DNA from: Octopus vulgaris
Lineage: Eukaryota
Direction: 5' to 3'
DNA: 64,000 nt
Assembly: GCA_951406725.2 (NCBI GenBank)
Contig: OX597816.1
Location: 101,618,001-101,682,000 of the forward strand
Below, piece by piece: positions 53,791 to 64,000 of the stretch (positions are counted from its first letter, which is position 1; every line of letters begins with the position of its first letter). Below the pieces are notes generated by a model that did no database searches, had not been told where the DNA came from, and was given only the letters and a program-made list of their open reading frames with translations. Position numbers and translations under genes: made by a program.

Positions 53791-54000
53791 TGGCGTACTC
53801 CTGTAATCTAGCTACTCAGAGATTTCTTTGGTTGGTTGTCAGCTTTGAGGATGGAGTCCTGATGGTCGATTTTCTATGGTGACCGGGTGTCTGCGCTAAG
53901 TTCGGTAGACAAAATACCCCGAGTCGAGCTGTAGTGCGATCGCACCTGTGAACAGTCGTCAGCTAGCAGCCTGTTCAATACAACTGAACTCCAACCTCTT
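53791..54000 (+). pseudogene. 7SL (SRP RNA)-derived sequence, ~11 nt 5'-truncated, lacking helices 6-8
   Basis: Four colinear 7SL blocks (compared with human 7SL from memory): TGGCG..CCTGTAATCTAGCTACTC; CTATGGTGACCGGGTGTCTGCGCTAAGTTCGG; GTAGTGCGATCGCACCTGTGAACAG; CAGCCTG..CAATACA..CTCTT. Confidence 0.85.
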
Positions 54001-54003
54001 CAT

Positions 54004-54407
54004 AGGCGCAGGTGTGGCTGTGTGGGAAGAAGTTGGCTTCCTAGCCACATGATTCCGGGTTCAGTCCCATTGCGTAGCACCTTGAGCAAGTGTCTTCTGC
54101 TATAGCCCCGTGCCCATCAAAGTCTTTTGATAAGCGGAAACTGAAAGAAGCCCCATCCCCATATATATGTGTATATGTGTGTATGTATCTGTCTATCTAT
54201 CAATCAATCTATCTATTTATAAGTGTGTGCATGTGCTTGTGTTTGTGCTTGTGCTTCTCTACGTTGCCTACGTCGACCGATTTGGCAAAAGAGACCGATA
54301 AAACAACTGTCAGGTTTTAAAATCGAAGTACTGGGGGGTCGATTCGCTCGACTACAGTCCTTCAAACTGGTGCCCCAGCGTGGCCATGATCAACTGACTG
54401 AAACAAT
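54004..54407 (+). mobile_element. SINE family A
   Basis: GGCGCAGGTGTGGCTGTGTGG head through GACTGAAACAA tail. Confidence 0.9.
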
Positions 54408-54433
54408 ATATGTGTGTATGTATACACACACAG

Positions 54434-54473
<40 letters not shown>

Positions 54474-54761
54474 ACAGCCACACACACACACTAATTTTTC
54501 ATGCAGTCACTCCTGGCCAGCTCATCATTAAAATGAGGCTGTCCAATTGGAAATATTACTAGCCGACGGTAGATCAGAGATTCTTCTTCTCATCCTAGTC
54601 ACAGATTATTAACTATGGCCAGCGGGTGGTTAAAATTTTTATGGATATAAATCCTATGCTCATTCAGCTTTGTGAACTGATATTGTTTACTTGATTTTTT
54701 AGTGAAATGCTATCTCTAAGAAATTGGCTGTCGTTAATTTTACGTTAGTAGTTGATTAAGA

Positions 54762-55000
54762 CAGGGGCTCCCAGCCACTGGTGTGCAGACCAGTGCTGGT
54801 CCGTGCATCATTTGGTACCGGGCCGCACAAAAAGAATAATGTAAGAATGATGTAAAAATAATGTAGGAATAACGCAAAGACCGATTCAGAGTGACGCGAT
54901 AAATAACAAAGCTGGACATTTGAATTACAGGATCCATGTATTTCATGGGCTTCACACAGTTTCCGGTTGCTCGGTGGCAGATCTTTTTGGCTACGAAATA
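54762..55000 (+). mobile_element. hAT/Charlie-type MITE fragment
   Basis: Starts CAGGGGCTCCCAGCC...GGTCCGTG...GGGCCGCA. Confidence 0.5.
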
Positions 55001-55121
55001 AATACATACATAGATGGAGAGATATTTAAATAGACAGACTACAGAGAGGGGGGAAAGAGAGGGACAGGGGTAGAGGGGGAACGAGGGGGGAAGAGGGGAG
55101 GGAGAGGGGAGAAAGAGAGAG

Positions 55122-55195
<74 letters not shown>

Positions 55196-55316
55196 GCAGG
55201 CAGGCAGGCAGGCAAACAGATAGGCAGGCAGGCAGGCAGGTAGGCAAGCAGACAGACAGATAGATAGACAGACAGACAGAAAGACGAACAGACAGATAAA
55301 CACACAGACAGACAAT

Positions 55317-55403
<87 letters not shown>

Positions 55404-55685
55404 GCAGACTGACCGGCCAACATATTGTCTCTAAGAAATGGATTTCACAAATCACATAAAACGTGGTTTCTCACACATTGGGAGAAACCTTTCCATCAAA
55501 GCAAACTTAAATAATGGACTTAAATATATTTGACATCAAACGAGTGCATCTCAGTAGACAATACTGTTAAGCGGGTGCATGTTGTGCCGGGTACAAAGTG
55601 TGCACTGTGACACAAGTCCTTAGTGTACTGGCTGACCACTTGCTGGAATATACCTTCATTTTGTTCTAGGTTGCATTCAGGAAGT

Positions 55686-56848
55686 AGTAGTGGTGGTGAT
55701 AGTGGTAGTGGTTTTGGTGGTGGTTGTGGTGGCGGCGGTTGTGGCGGCGGTTGTGGCGGCGGTTGAGGCGGTGGTGGTGGTGGTGGTGGTGGTGGTGGGA
55801 GGATATGTAATTGTGATGGTTTATTGTGGTTGTTGTGATGTTTATTGTTGTTGTTGTAGTGGTGGTGGCGCTGCTGCTGCTGTTGCTGCCGTTGTAGTTG
55901 TTGTAGTTGTAGTTGTGGCTGTGGTGGTGGTAGTGGTGGTGGTGGTGGTGGTAGTGGTGGTGGTGGTGTTGGCTGTGGTTGTGGTGGTAGTGGTGGTGAC
56001 GGTGGCAGTGGCGTTAATTGTCAGAGTTGTGGTGGGGTGGGGGTAGAAGATGGTGGTGGTCATGTATGTAGTGCTATATAGTGCTGATGAGGAGGTGGGA
56101 AAGATGTTAAGTAACGAGGGGGTGTTCGTGGCTACAATCTCCAGTATTTGAGTAATGTCCGCTAGAATAACATGAACAATAGTAACAATAACAACACCAA
56201 CAATAACTACCACGACTACTACTACTACTACTACAAAGACGACAACGATGACACCAACAAACTGAAGAAAAAAGAAAAACGGAATTGTCATATAGAAGAA
56301 AAGAATGTATCGACCAATAAATATTGACATTTGAAGAGGTTTACGGGTTTTTTCGGCATTTTTCGGTGCTCTCTGAACAATCATGTGACTGGTTAACTAT
56401 CAGGGGGTAATAGTAGGGAGAAACGGTAATGTTAGTTGGTGGTGGTGGTGGTGGTGGTGGTGGTGGTGGTGGTGGTGGTGGTGGTGGTGGTGGTGGTGGT
56501 GGTGGTGGTGGTGGTGATGGTGGTGGTGGTGGTTTTGGTGGTGGTGGTGGTGGTGGTGGTGGTGGTGGTGGTGGTGGTGGTGGTGGGCGATGGCGGCGGT
56601 GGTATTTGCAGGAGTTATTGGGGTGGCTGTGAAAATAGTTTGGAGATACGTATGATGGTGGCTGTCGTGAAAGTGATAGTGGTGATAGTAGTGATAGTGG
56701 TGGTGGTGGTCGTCGTCGTGGTGGTTGTGGTGGTGGTGGTGGTGGTGGTGGTGGTGGTGGTGTGGCGGCGGCGGCAATACTTTTGTTATTGTTGCTACTG
56801 ATGTTTCTGTTGTGTTGTGGTTGTTGTTGTTGTTGTTGTTGTTGTTGC
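55686..56848. repeat. Compound (GGT)n/(GTT)n/(CTA)n microsatellite field
   Basis: Long GGT runs; the poly-V/H/G/T ORFs are artefacts. Confidence 0.9.
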
Positions 56849-57124
56849 TTAGAATCAAGTTAACCCTGATTAAACAGACCTATGATCAAAGGTGTTCCAG
56901 CCATAGCCATCCCGTCTTTTTATGAGGGTCAATTTTTATGGCCACATTCCCAGTAATCTAAGCCTACATTAGCTAATGTTTTCTTTTGCATGAGTGCTAG
57001 TGTGAATTAAGGGAGACACCCACATGATAGTGTTGTTGTTGTTTTTGTTGTTGTTGTTGTTGTTGTTCTTCTTCTTCTTCTTCTTCTTCTTCTTCTTCTT
57101 TTTCTTCTTTTCTTTTTCTTCTTG

Positions 57125-57285
57125 GATCCTTTCAGTTCCTGTCTACCAAATCCACCTACAAGACTTTGGTTGGCCAGGGGCTATAGTAGAAAATATTTGC
57201 CCAAGGCGCCTCGCAGTGGATCTGAACCTAGGACCACTTGGTTGTGAAGCAAGCCTCTTAATCATACAGTTATGTTTGCACCTAT
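57125..57285 (-). mobile_element. SINE family A 5' half, diverged
   Basis: CTTTCAGTTCCTGTCTACCAAATCCAC...CTATAGTAGAA...TTGCCCAAGG. Confidence 0.8.
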
Positions 57286-57596
57286 AATTCTTCTTCTACA
57301 ACCTCTCCTTGTTCCTCACCTTATTCTTCCTTTCCATCGCTTCCACATTGCCCTACCTTCTCATTCTGTCGGCACTGCGTCCACCCACTGATCTCATCTC
57401 CCTTCCACCCCAACCGAAGAAACCTCTATGCGATTGTTCGTCTGTTAGAGATAGCAGTCACCATCTTAAAGAAGTGAAGGACTTGTTTGATATATATGGT
57501 TGAAACACCTTTAGCATAGGGCTGCTTCTCCAGAAATTAGCTAAGGTTAAAATTATAATTCAAATAACAGTCGAGATAAATAGATAGAAAGATAGG

Positions 57597-57684
<88 letters not shown>

Positions 57685-58256
57685 CAGACAGATAGACAGA
57701 TAGACAGATAGACAGACAGACAAACGACAGAGAGACAGACGGACAGACAGGCAGATAGATAGATAGCAAAGGAAGGTGAATCATTCGTAAGCGTACAAAT
57801 TAGTGTGTGTATGTGTGTGAGTAGGGGGTCTCTGAACAAACTCCCTATCTCCTGTGCCTGTCTGTCTGACTTCCATGCATATTTCCAATGACACCCCCCC
57901 CCCAACCCACCTTAAAACTAACCAGCCAATAGCCTCCCAGTTTGATTTGCATTGCAATGTATATGTGCTGGTCAACAGTGACAGTTCAATGAAACATTCG
58001 GAAAGAGTGGACGTACAATGACGGACGTAACCGAACTTATGAGAAGAGAAATACACAAACAAGCCTAAGTACATTATCAGAATTAGGTTGCTCGCGTGCA
58101 AATACAGTGATTATCTTCATATCCAACAGATAATATCGGATTATCATCACTGAAAATCCAACGATATTTGATATTTTATTTCACAAATTTATATGTGTTG
58201 TGTATGCTGCTTTGTTTTAAATCTAATTCTGAAGAAAATCTTCCCAAGTACCAAAG

Positions 58257-58313
58257 ATGTCATCTGCTTTCTTGATGACTTTTTATTCGTTGCTATTTTG
58301 CATTCTAATCCAG
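58257..58313 (+). CDS. Candidate first coding exon encoding a signal-peptide-like segment (MSSAFLMTFYSLLFCILIQ)
   Basis: CAAAG-ATG context, 19 mostly hydrophobic codons, CAG|GTAAAG donor; CCAAT (57926) and octamer ATTTGCAT (57945) upstream in non-repetitive sequence. Confidence 0.35.
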
Positions 58314-58809
58314 GTAAAGTAATCTTTCTACTTCTATGTGGGTGTATGTGTTTAAATTTTTTAGAGGTACTGCTGACATAATTGAGCAATAACTAAGATG
58401 TGTATTAGACATAGTGCAGTTTCGACTCTATATTGAAACCCATCAACCTCAAACTGAAATGCTCTTGTAATATATGTTTTCTAACTTCCGTTATACTGAG
58501 CAACAATTTCATTAGAGATTAACATTTCCCCAGATAAGACTTCAGCTATCACAGATAATAATCTAGTACTGATTCTTATCGGCAGCTAGGCGGAATAAAG
58601 CAGTGTTCTGCCAAGAAATACAACCAAAAGCTATAACGAATATGAACAAACTATAAACATGTTGTCGAGTACCATAAATATTCGGCCAATACATAAGTGA
58701 TGTTGGGAAAGACATGAATGTCACAACTTATCAATTATATATATATGTATGTATGTGTGTGTAGTAGTAACTGATTATAGTGTAGTTTGGTCAAATTACC
58801 GTTATAAGG

Positions 58810-58845
<36 letters not shown>

Positions 58846-59057
58846 ACATCATTGATGCCTCTAATACTAACACATCAAATCATTTCTCGATAGCGATACT
58901 GTTTACAATGACGTGTGTGTGTTTGTATGTGTGTGGGTGTTTGTGTGTGTGTGTAGGTATGTATATGGTTGTGTGTATGTATACACACAAACACACACAC
59001 ACACAAATATATATACGTCATAATGGTGGGATACATATTTGTAATATTTGTGAAACA

Positions 59058-59165
59058 CCCAACCATATGGTCTTGGGTTCAGTTCCACTGCGAGGCACCT
59101 TGGACAATTGTCTTCTATGATAGCCCCTGCCGATCAAAGCCTTGTGAGTGGATTTAGTATAGACA
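59058..59165 (+). mobile_element. SINE family A fragment
   Basis: CAACCATATGGTCTTGGGTTCAGTTCCACTGCG...GCCTTGTGAGTGGATTT. Confidence 0.8.
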
Positions 59166-59815
59166 GTATACACGCACACACACACACACATGTATATACT
59201 TATGTATATACATGCATACATATACATACATACATACATACATACATACATACATACATACATGCATGCATACATACATACATACATGCATACATACCAT
59301 ACTATACCATGTCATACCATACGATACAGCCACAGGTGACGAATCTATGACCTTCTTTTAATTCCCAGCTGTAGGCATTTCATCGATAATCCCGCCAAAA
59401 CTGATACCCGTGTCAACGAGAAAGAATTCACGCAATTTTCGATCTGCTTGAAAAAGCAATCAAATTTTCATGTGTATGAAGAAAGGAGGCAATTGGTTAA
59501 TGTAGTTCTAGATACACAATGCCTGAATAACCTAACCCTAACCCTAATCTTAACTTATTCTCTTACTACTTTTCATTATTCCTCATTTTCTTCTCATTTT
59601 AACCTCTTTCTTATTCTGACTGCATTGTGCTTCATGTACTGTTATCTCCTTCCCACGAAGAAGCCTTATGGGGTCGCTGAATCACATGGAGAAAGCAGTA
59701 ACCATCTTAAATGAGTGAAGGACTTAATGAATGGATCAGAGCTCAAAGTTCTTTGAACATAGTTTGCTTGACCAGATGTGGTAGACTGAGAGAGGTGAGG
59801 AGAGAGAGATATATA

Positions 59816-59851
<36 letters not shown>

Positions 59852-60151
59852 AGGTGAATGAGAGAAATAGAAAGCCATCAACTTGATGACTTTTTGTGTT
59901 TCTGTATCTCTTTCATCATAAGTCTGCTCAATGAGGGCTGACTTGGGTCAAAACAAGAACAATGGTGTTTCGCTTAATGTCGATAGAGTAAAGAGATAAA
60001 AAGACTGTGATCAGTTGAATTGGGTTGACAAGACACTTCTAACAAATGTCGTGATTTGTTGGAAAGATATTTTCTCTAATGAAAATCTCTATATTATTTG
60101 TTTTCCTATCATAGGGCACAACTTACTTTTGTCCTTTTTTACTGGAGAAAA

Positions 60152-61225
60152 TACTAGGTAGGATCAATAAGTATCCGGACCGTTGCTGTAGGCGTAGGAG
60201 TGACTGTGTGGTAAGTAACTTGCTAACGAACCACATGGTTCCGGGTTCAGTCCCACAGCGTGGCACCTTGGGCAAGTGTCTTCTACTATAACCTCGGGCC
60301 GACCAAAGTGAGTGGATTTGGTAGACGGAAACTGAAAGAAGCCCGTCGTATGTATGTATATATATATATATATAAATGGCGGTGCCCCAGCATGGCCACA
60401 GCTCATAGGCTGGAACTGGAATCAATCAATCAATCATCAATCATATATGTATGTATGAATGTATGTATATATGTATATATGCATATATGTATGTGTGTGT
60501 ATATGTTTGTGTGTCTGTGTTTGTCCGCCCCCCCCCCCCCCAAACATCGCTTGACAACCAATGCTGGTGTGTTTATGTCCCTGTAACTTAGCGGTTCTGC
60601 AAAAGAGACCGATAGAATAAGTACTAGGCTTACAAAGAATAAGTCCTGGGGTCGATTTGTTCGACTAAAGGCAGTGCTCCAGAGAAAGTTGTCAAGGCGA
60701 TACCTGCTCAGAGACCCGCGCAAAGTTGCAGAAATCGTATGGAGAAATCGTATGAGCCGTACACAAGTGTACAAGTGGTTCAGACCTTTCCAAAATGGCA
60801 TAAAAATGTCGATATTGATGAACGTTCTGGGAGACCTGCAACCAGCAGAATTGAGAAAAATATCGCAGATGCGCGTGCAGCTGTGAAGGGAAATCGTCGA
60901 ATCACCATCCATGAGTTATCAGACGAAGTGCAGATTAGTTACAGTTCAGTTCAGTCCATTACCACTGAAGATTCGGGTAAGAGACGTGCGTCTGCCAAGT
61001 TTGCGCCAAAACTGCTTTCAGCTGAGGAAAAAGACATTCGGGTTTCAGTTGCAGAAGATCTCCTTGATTGTGTCGAGAACGATGAAAACTTTTTGAAAAC
61101 TTTGCGTAGAGCTCTGAGCAACTATCGCTAGGCTTTAGGCAAAATTTGATGCAGACTCTCTGTTCAACTTTCCCTGTCAGGGTCAATGCGACGATCACTT
61201 ATAATCGAACCCAAATGACCTTCAT

Positions 61226-61228
<3 letters not shown>
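60152..61228 (+). mobile_element. Mariner transposase 5' remnant with fold-back inverted copy
   Basis: MSRTQVYKWF / DERSGRPATS...NRRITIHELSDEVQISYSSVQSI...AKFAPKLLS (mariner HTH + WVP-linker region); minus-strand TGKVEQRVCIKFCLK; TIR-like GATCAATAAGTATCCGGAC at ~60162. Confidence 0.85.
60190..60681 (+). mobile_element. SINE family A with rearranged interior, inserted into a mariner
   Basis: Family A head and tail; extra GGCGGTGCCCCAGCATGGCCACAGC tail segment at 60378. Confidence 0.88.
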
Positions 61229-61268
<40 letters not shown>

Positions 61269-61649
61269 ACTCACTCACTCACATGCATGTATCTCTATGC
61301 ATATGTACCTTTCAGTGAAAACCAGTGCATTTGGTTAAAAGACTCCTTAGTATTTGTTCTTTCCAAGTTGCCCAAAGATTCCCTTGTTATACCCACAATT
61401 GTAAATGCAGTGAACAATTGGTTGAACAGATGCAAAGTTGTAACAGTAAGGATTACAAAATAGTTCGCAAAATAATGGCATAAAATTTTAAAACTAAAAG
61501 CAATTTTGAAATAAGAGGTCACTTTCTACTTTAAAACTTAAAAAACTTTTACAACAAAGCAGTAATGAAAATTTCCTCTAAGATATAATTATTTTGGACC
61601 TTGGGAATTACTTAGAACTGATGGTATATAACATTCCGCAAATGCCTTC

Positions 61650-62330
61650 CATTTCCAGCTTTATAGAATCAAAATATTTCTAGGTAGTGCTCCATAAAAG
61701 CTTGTAATGTATACGGCACCACTGTTCTTGTCAAATACTTTTCTTCGGTTCCGGTAGTGTTTACATAAACTCTTTCTTTAAGATAACCCGAAAGGAAAAT
61801 AATCGTGACCAGTCAAATTTGAAATGGAAAGTGACGTTTGCTCCATCCTATACTTTGTTAATAAGGTCTCCTTTGAAATCTTTATCGTGTTTTTCCTTCA
61901 TATTTTTAAATATTCTATATTGTGCCTTTAAGAGACTTTTATGGTATGTTTGTTTTATAAATGTTTAAAGAGATAGATTTGGGAAGCGGGATAATTGAGA
62001 AATCCTATAAGCACACTCACCAGCTATTTGTCTACAGATCATGGCTCTTTCTCAAAATAGTCTACAAAAATATTTTTATCCAAACCAATCTGTGTTTTGA
62101 GAAAGGAAAACAAGTGAACTACTGACAAACAACCTCTGAGCGTGTTTATAGGTTTTATAAATTGTGTAACTTCCCGAATATAACAATAACGATTTTGACA
62201 AACGGTTCCATATAAAAATATGGAAAAGCCAATTCAAAAATTTTAAGTGTTTCTCATTTTTGTTTTTACTAAACTTTTTTCACACCTCTCATTATATACT
62301 CATGATAATGAAGCTCCAAATAATTTTGGA
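61650..62330 (-). mobile_element. Tc1/mariner transposase remnant
   Basis: Minus strand DYF / GYLKERVYVN matches the SPDL..DyFLWGYLK..VY motif; boundaries uncertain. Confidence 0.5.
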
Positions 62331-62619
62331 ATTGCAATCAGATCGGAATTCGTCTGGCACCAAGGATTTCATTAAAAGAAAACTTCTGTTGTTTAAATGT
62401 ACATGATTCAATAAAATGTCATCCTAAATGTAATAGACCATACACTTTTAGTATCACAGATACGAACTAAAAGGTAAGCCTCCATATGCTCGCTTGATCC
62501 ACTAGAAATACCAGCCAAATCTCTCACAAGTCACACCCTAGACAAAGGTATACAAAATTACGAGATAGTTAGGGTTATATCATTATATGTTATATCATTA
62601 TATAGATGTCTTTTTTCTA

Positions 62620-62700
62620 CCAAGGTCGACTTTGCCTTCTATCCTTTCGGAGTCGATAAAATAAGTACTAGTTGAGCATTAGGGGTAATTGTAATCGACT
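62620..62700 (+). mobile_element. SINE family B core fragment
   Basis: AAGGTCGACTTTGCCTTCTATCCTTTCGGAGTCGATAAAATAAGTAC. Confidence 0.8.
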
Positions 62701-62846
62701 AAAGTAGTAAGAACTATTTCAGTATATAGATGTTGCATAGAATGTGTGTATGCAATGTATTAAGCGGTTAGGTGAGACTAAATTTTCTCGAAGAATCCCA
62801 AAGAATTATTCCTAACCATGCACGCTCTTCTCTCTCTCACTCTCGC

Positions 62847-62898
<52 letters not shown>

Positions 62899-62979
62899 AC
62901 TCTCGCTTTCTCTCTTTCTCTCTCTCACTCACTTTAAGCCCCGCACTCACTCGCTCTTCCTCTCTCCCTTTCTCACTCT

Positions 62980-63012
<33 letters not shown>

Positions 63013-63852
63013 GCACACACACACACATACACATTTTCCTCGAGACATGCACATTCACCCATATACATATACTCATAAGATTCCATGAAAACACGGCAAA
63101 CACGAAAATTCTTTACCGCACTAATAGCACAAAACTGACCCCATTACTAAAATTACTTTCTCTTTCGAGTCACACCAGTCATTAACCGTCACTTCTCCGA
63201 TTCCATTATTTATTTCAGCTTCCTTTCTTTTAAACTGAGATCCGTATTTCTTCTTTGGATACTCTTGAAATGATGAACTTCATTCTATAAAGTTGTGATT
63301 CATTTTAGAATCAGAACTTTGTAGAGGGATTTAGGATCTTTTGGAGTTCTATATAGACTTGGAGTGATAATTATTGTATGATGTAGTCAATTAAGATTCT
63401 AGAGAATCATTTATAACCTGAGGACGACACTGATTACCTACTGAAGTTTCTCAAGACGTGTGTCTAACTATCAGTCAATATGTTTTTGTGACGTATAACC
63501 AATTTGATTTTGAAATTCATTTAAACCAACCCTAATAAAAAAAACATTAACCATGTCTAATTTAACTAAAACTGCCTAACCAAGATCAAATTTTCCAATA
63601 GAAAACTGACTATTCTATTTAAGCCCGAATTAGCTGTGATAAAAATGAGAGAACTAATCAAATCTAGTCAGATCAAGATTAACATAACAATCACCGAATT
63701 AATCAAGATTACTGAGTGATCAGACTAGCGGGGATTCTAAACAACTGATCACGCCAAAATTTACCTGAATCAAGGTGAGTAATAAGCTCGGGCATCTGAG
63801 AGGTCAGAGGTTCGCGCCAGGTCGCTTTTAGTACACTGTACATATAGACAAG

Positions 63853-64000
<148 letters not shown>

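Noticed and set aside
53791-53822. Human Alu contamination
   Set aside because: Contains 7SL helix-5 sequence absent from Alu, is well diverged from human, and is embedded among native repeats.
55690-56925. Long poly-V/T/H/G/W ORFs resembling mucin or His-rich proteins
   Set aside because: Translations of (GGT)n microsatellites, open on both strands, with no splice or codon evidence.
59528-59555. Telomeric (CCCTAA)n
   Set aside because: Only about three units; too short to call an interstitial telomere.
63220-63773. Exon ending at a strong AAG|GTGAGT donor
   Set aside because: All three frames close shortly upstream; it could be a non-coding exon but cannot be supported from sequence alone.

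Overview
AT-rich, microsatellite-saturated animal genomic DNA. The SINE families and repeat landscape resemble an octopod cephalopod (inference from repeat style, not proven). No intact long protein-coding gene is present; nearly all ORFs in the track are microsatellite artefacts or decayed transposon frames. The window is mostly a graveyard of mobile elements: three R4/Dong-type restriction-like-endonuclease LINEs (one near full length) sitting in (ATT/AAT)n, Penelope-like remnants with degenerate hammerhead ribozymes, RTE, CR1/Jockey-like and Tx1/L1 LINE fragments, hAT, Academ, Chapaev3 and Tc1/mariner remnants, several MITEs, and about 30 tRNA-derived SINE copies from modular families. The most unusual signal is a 7SL/SRP-RNA-derived sequence at about 53791-54000 that lacks helices 6-8 (an Alu-like internal deletion). 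Two small candidate host exons (45258-45326 and a signal-peptide-like exon at 58257-58313) suggest the window may be intronic to a + strand gene. All calls were made by eye; boundaries of decayed elements are approximate.
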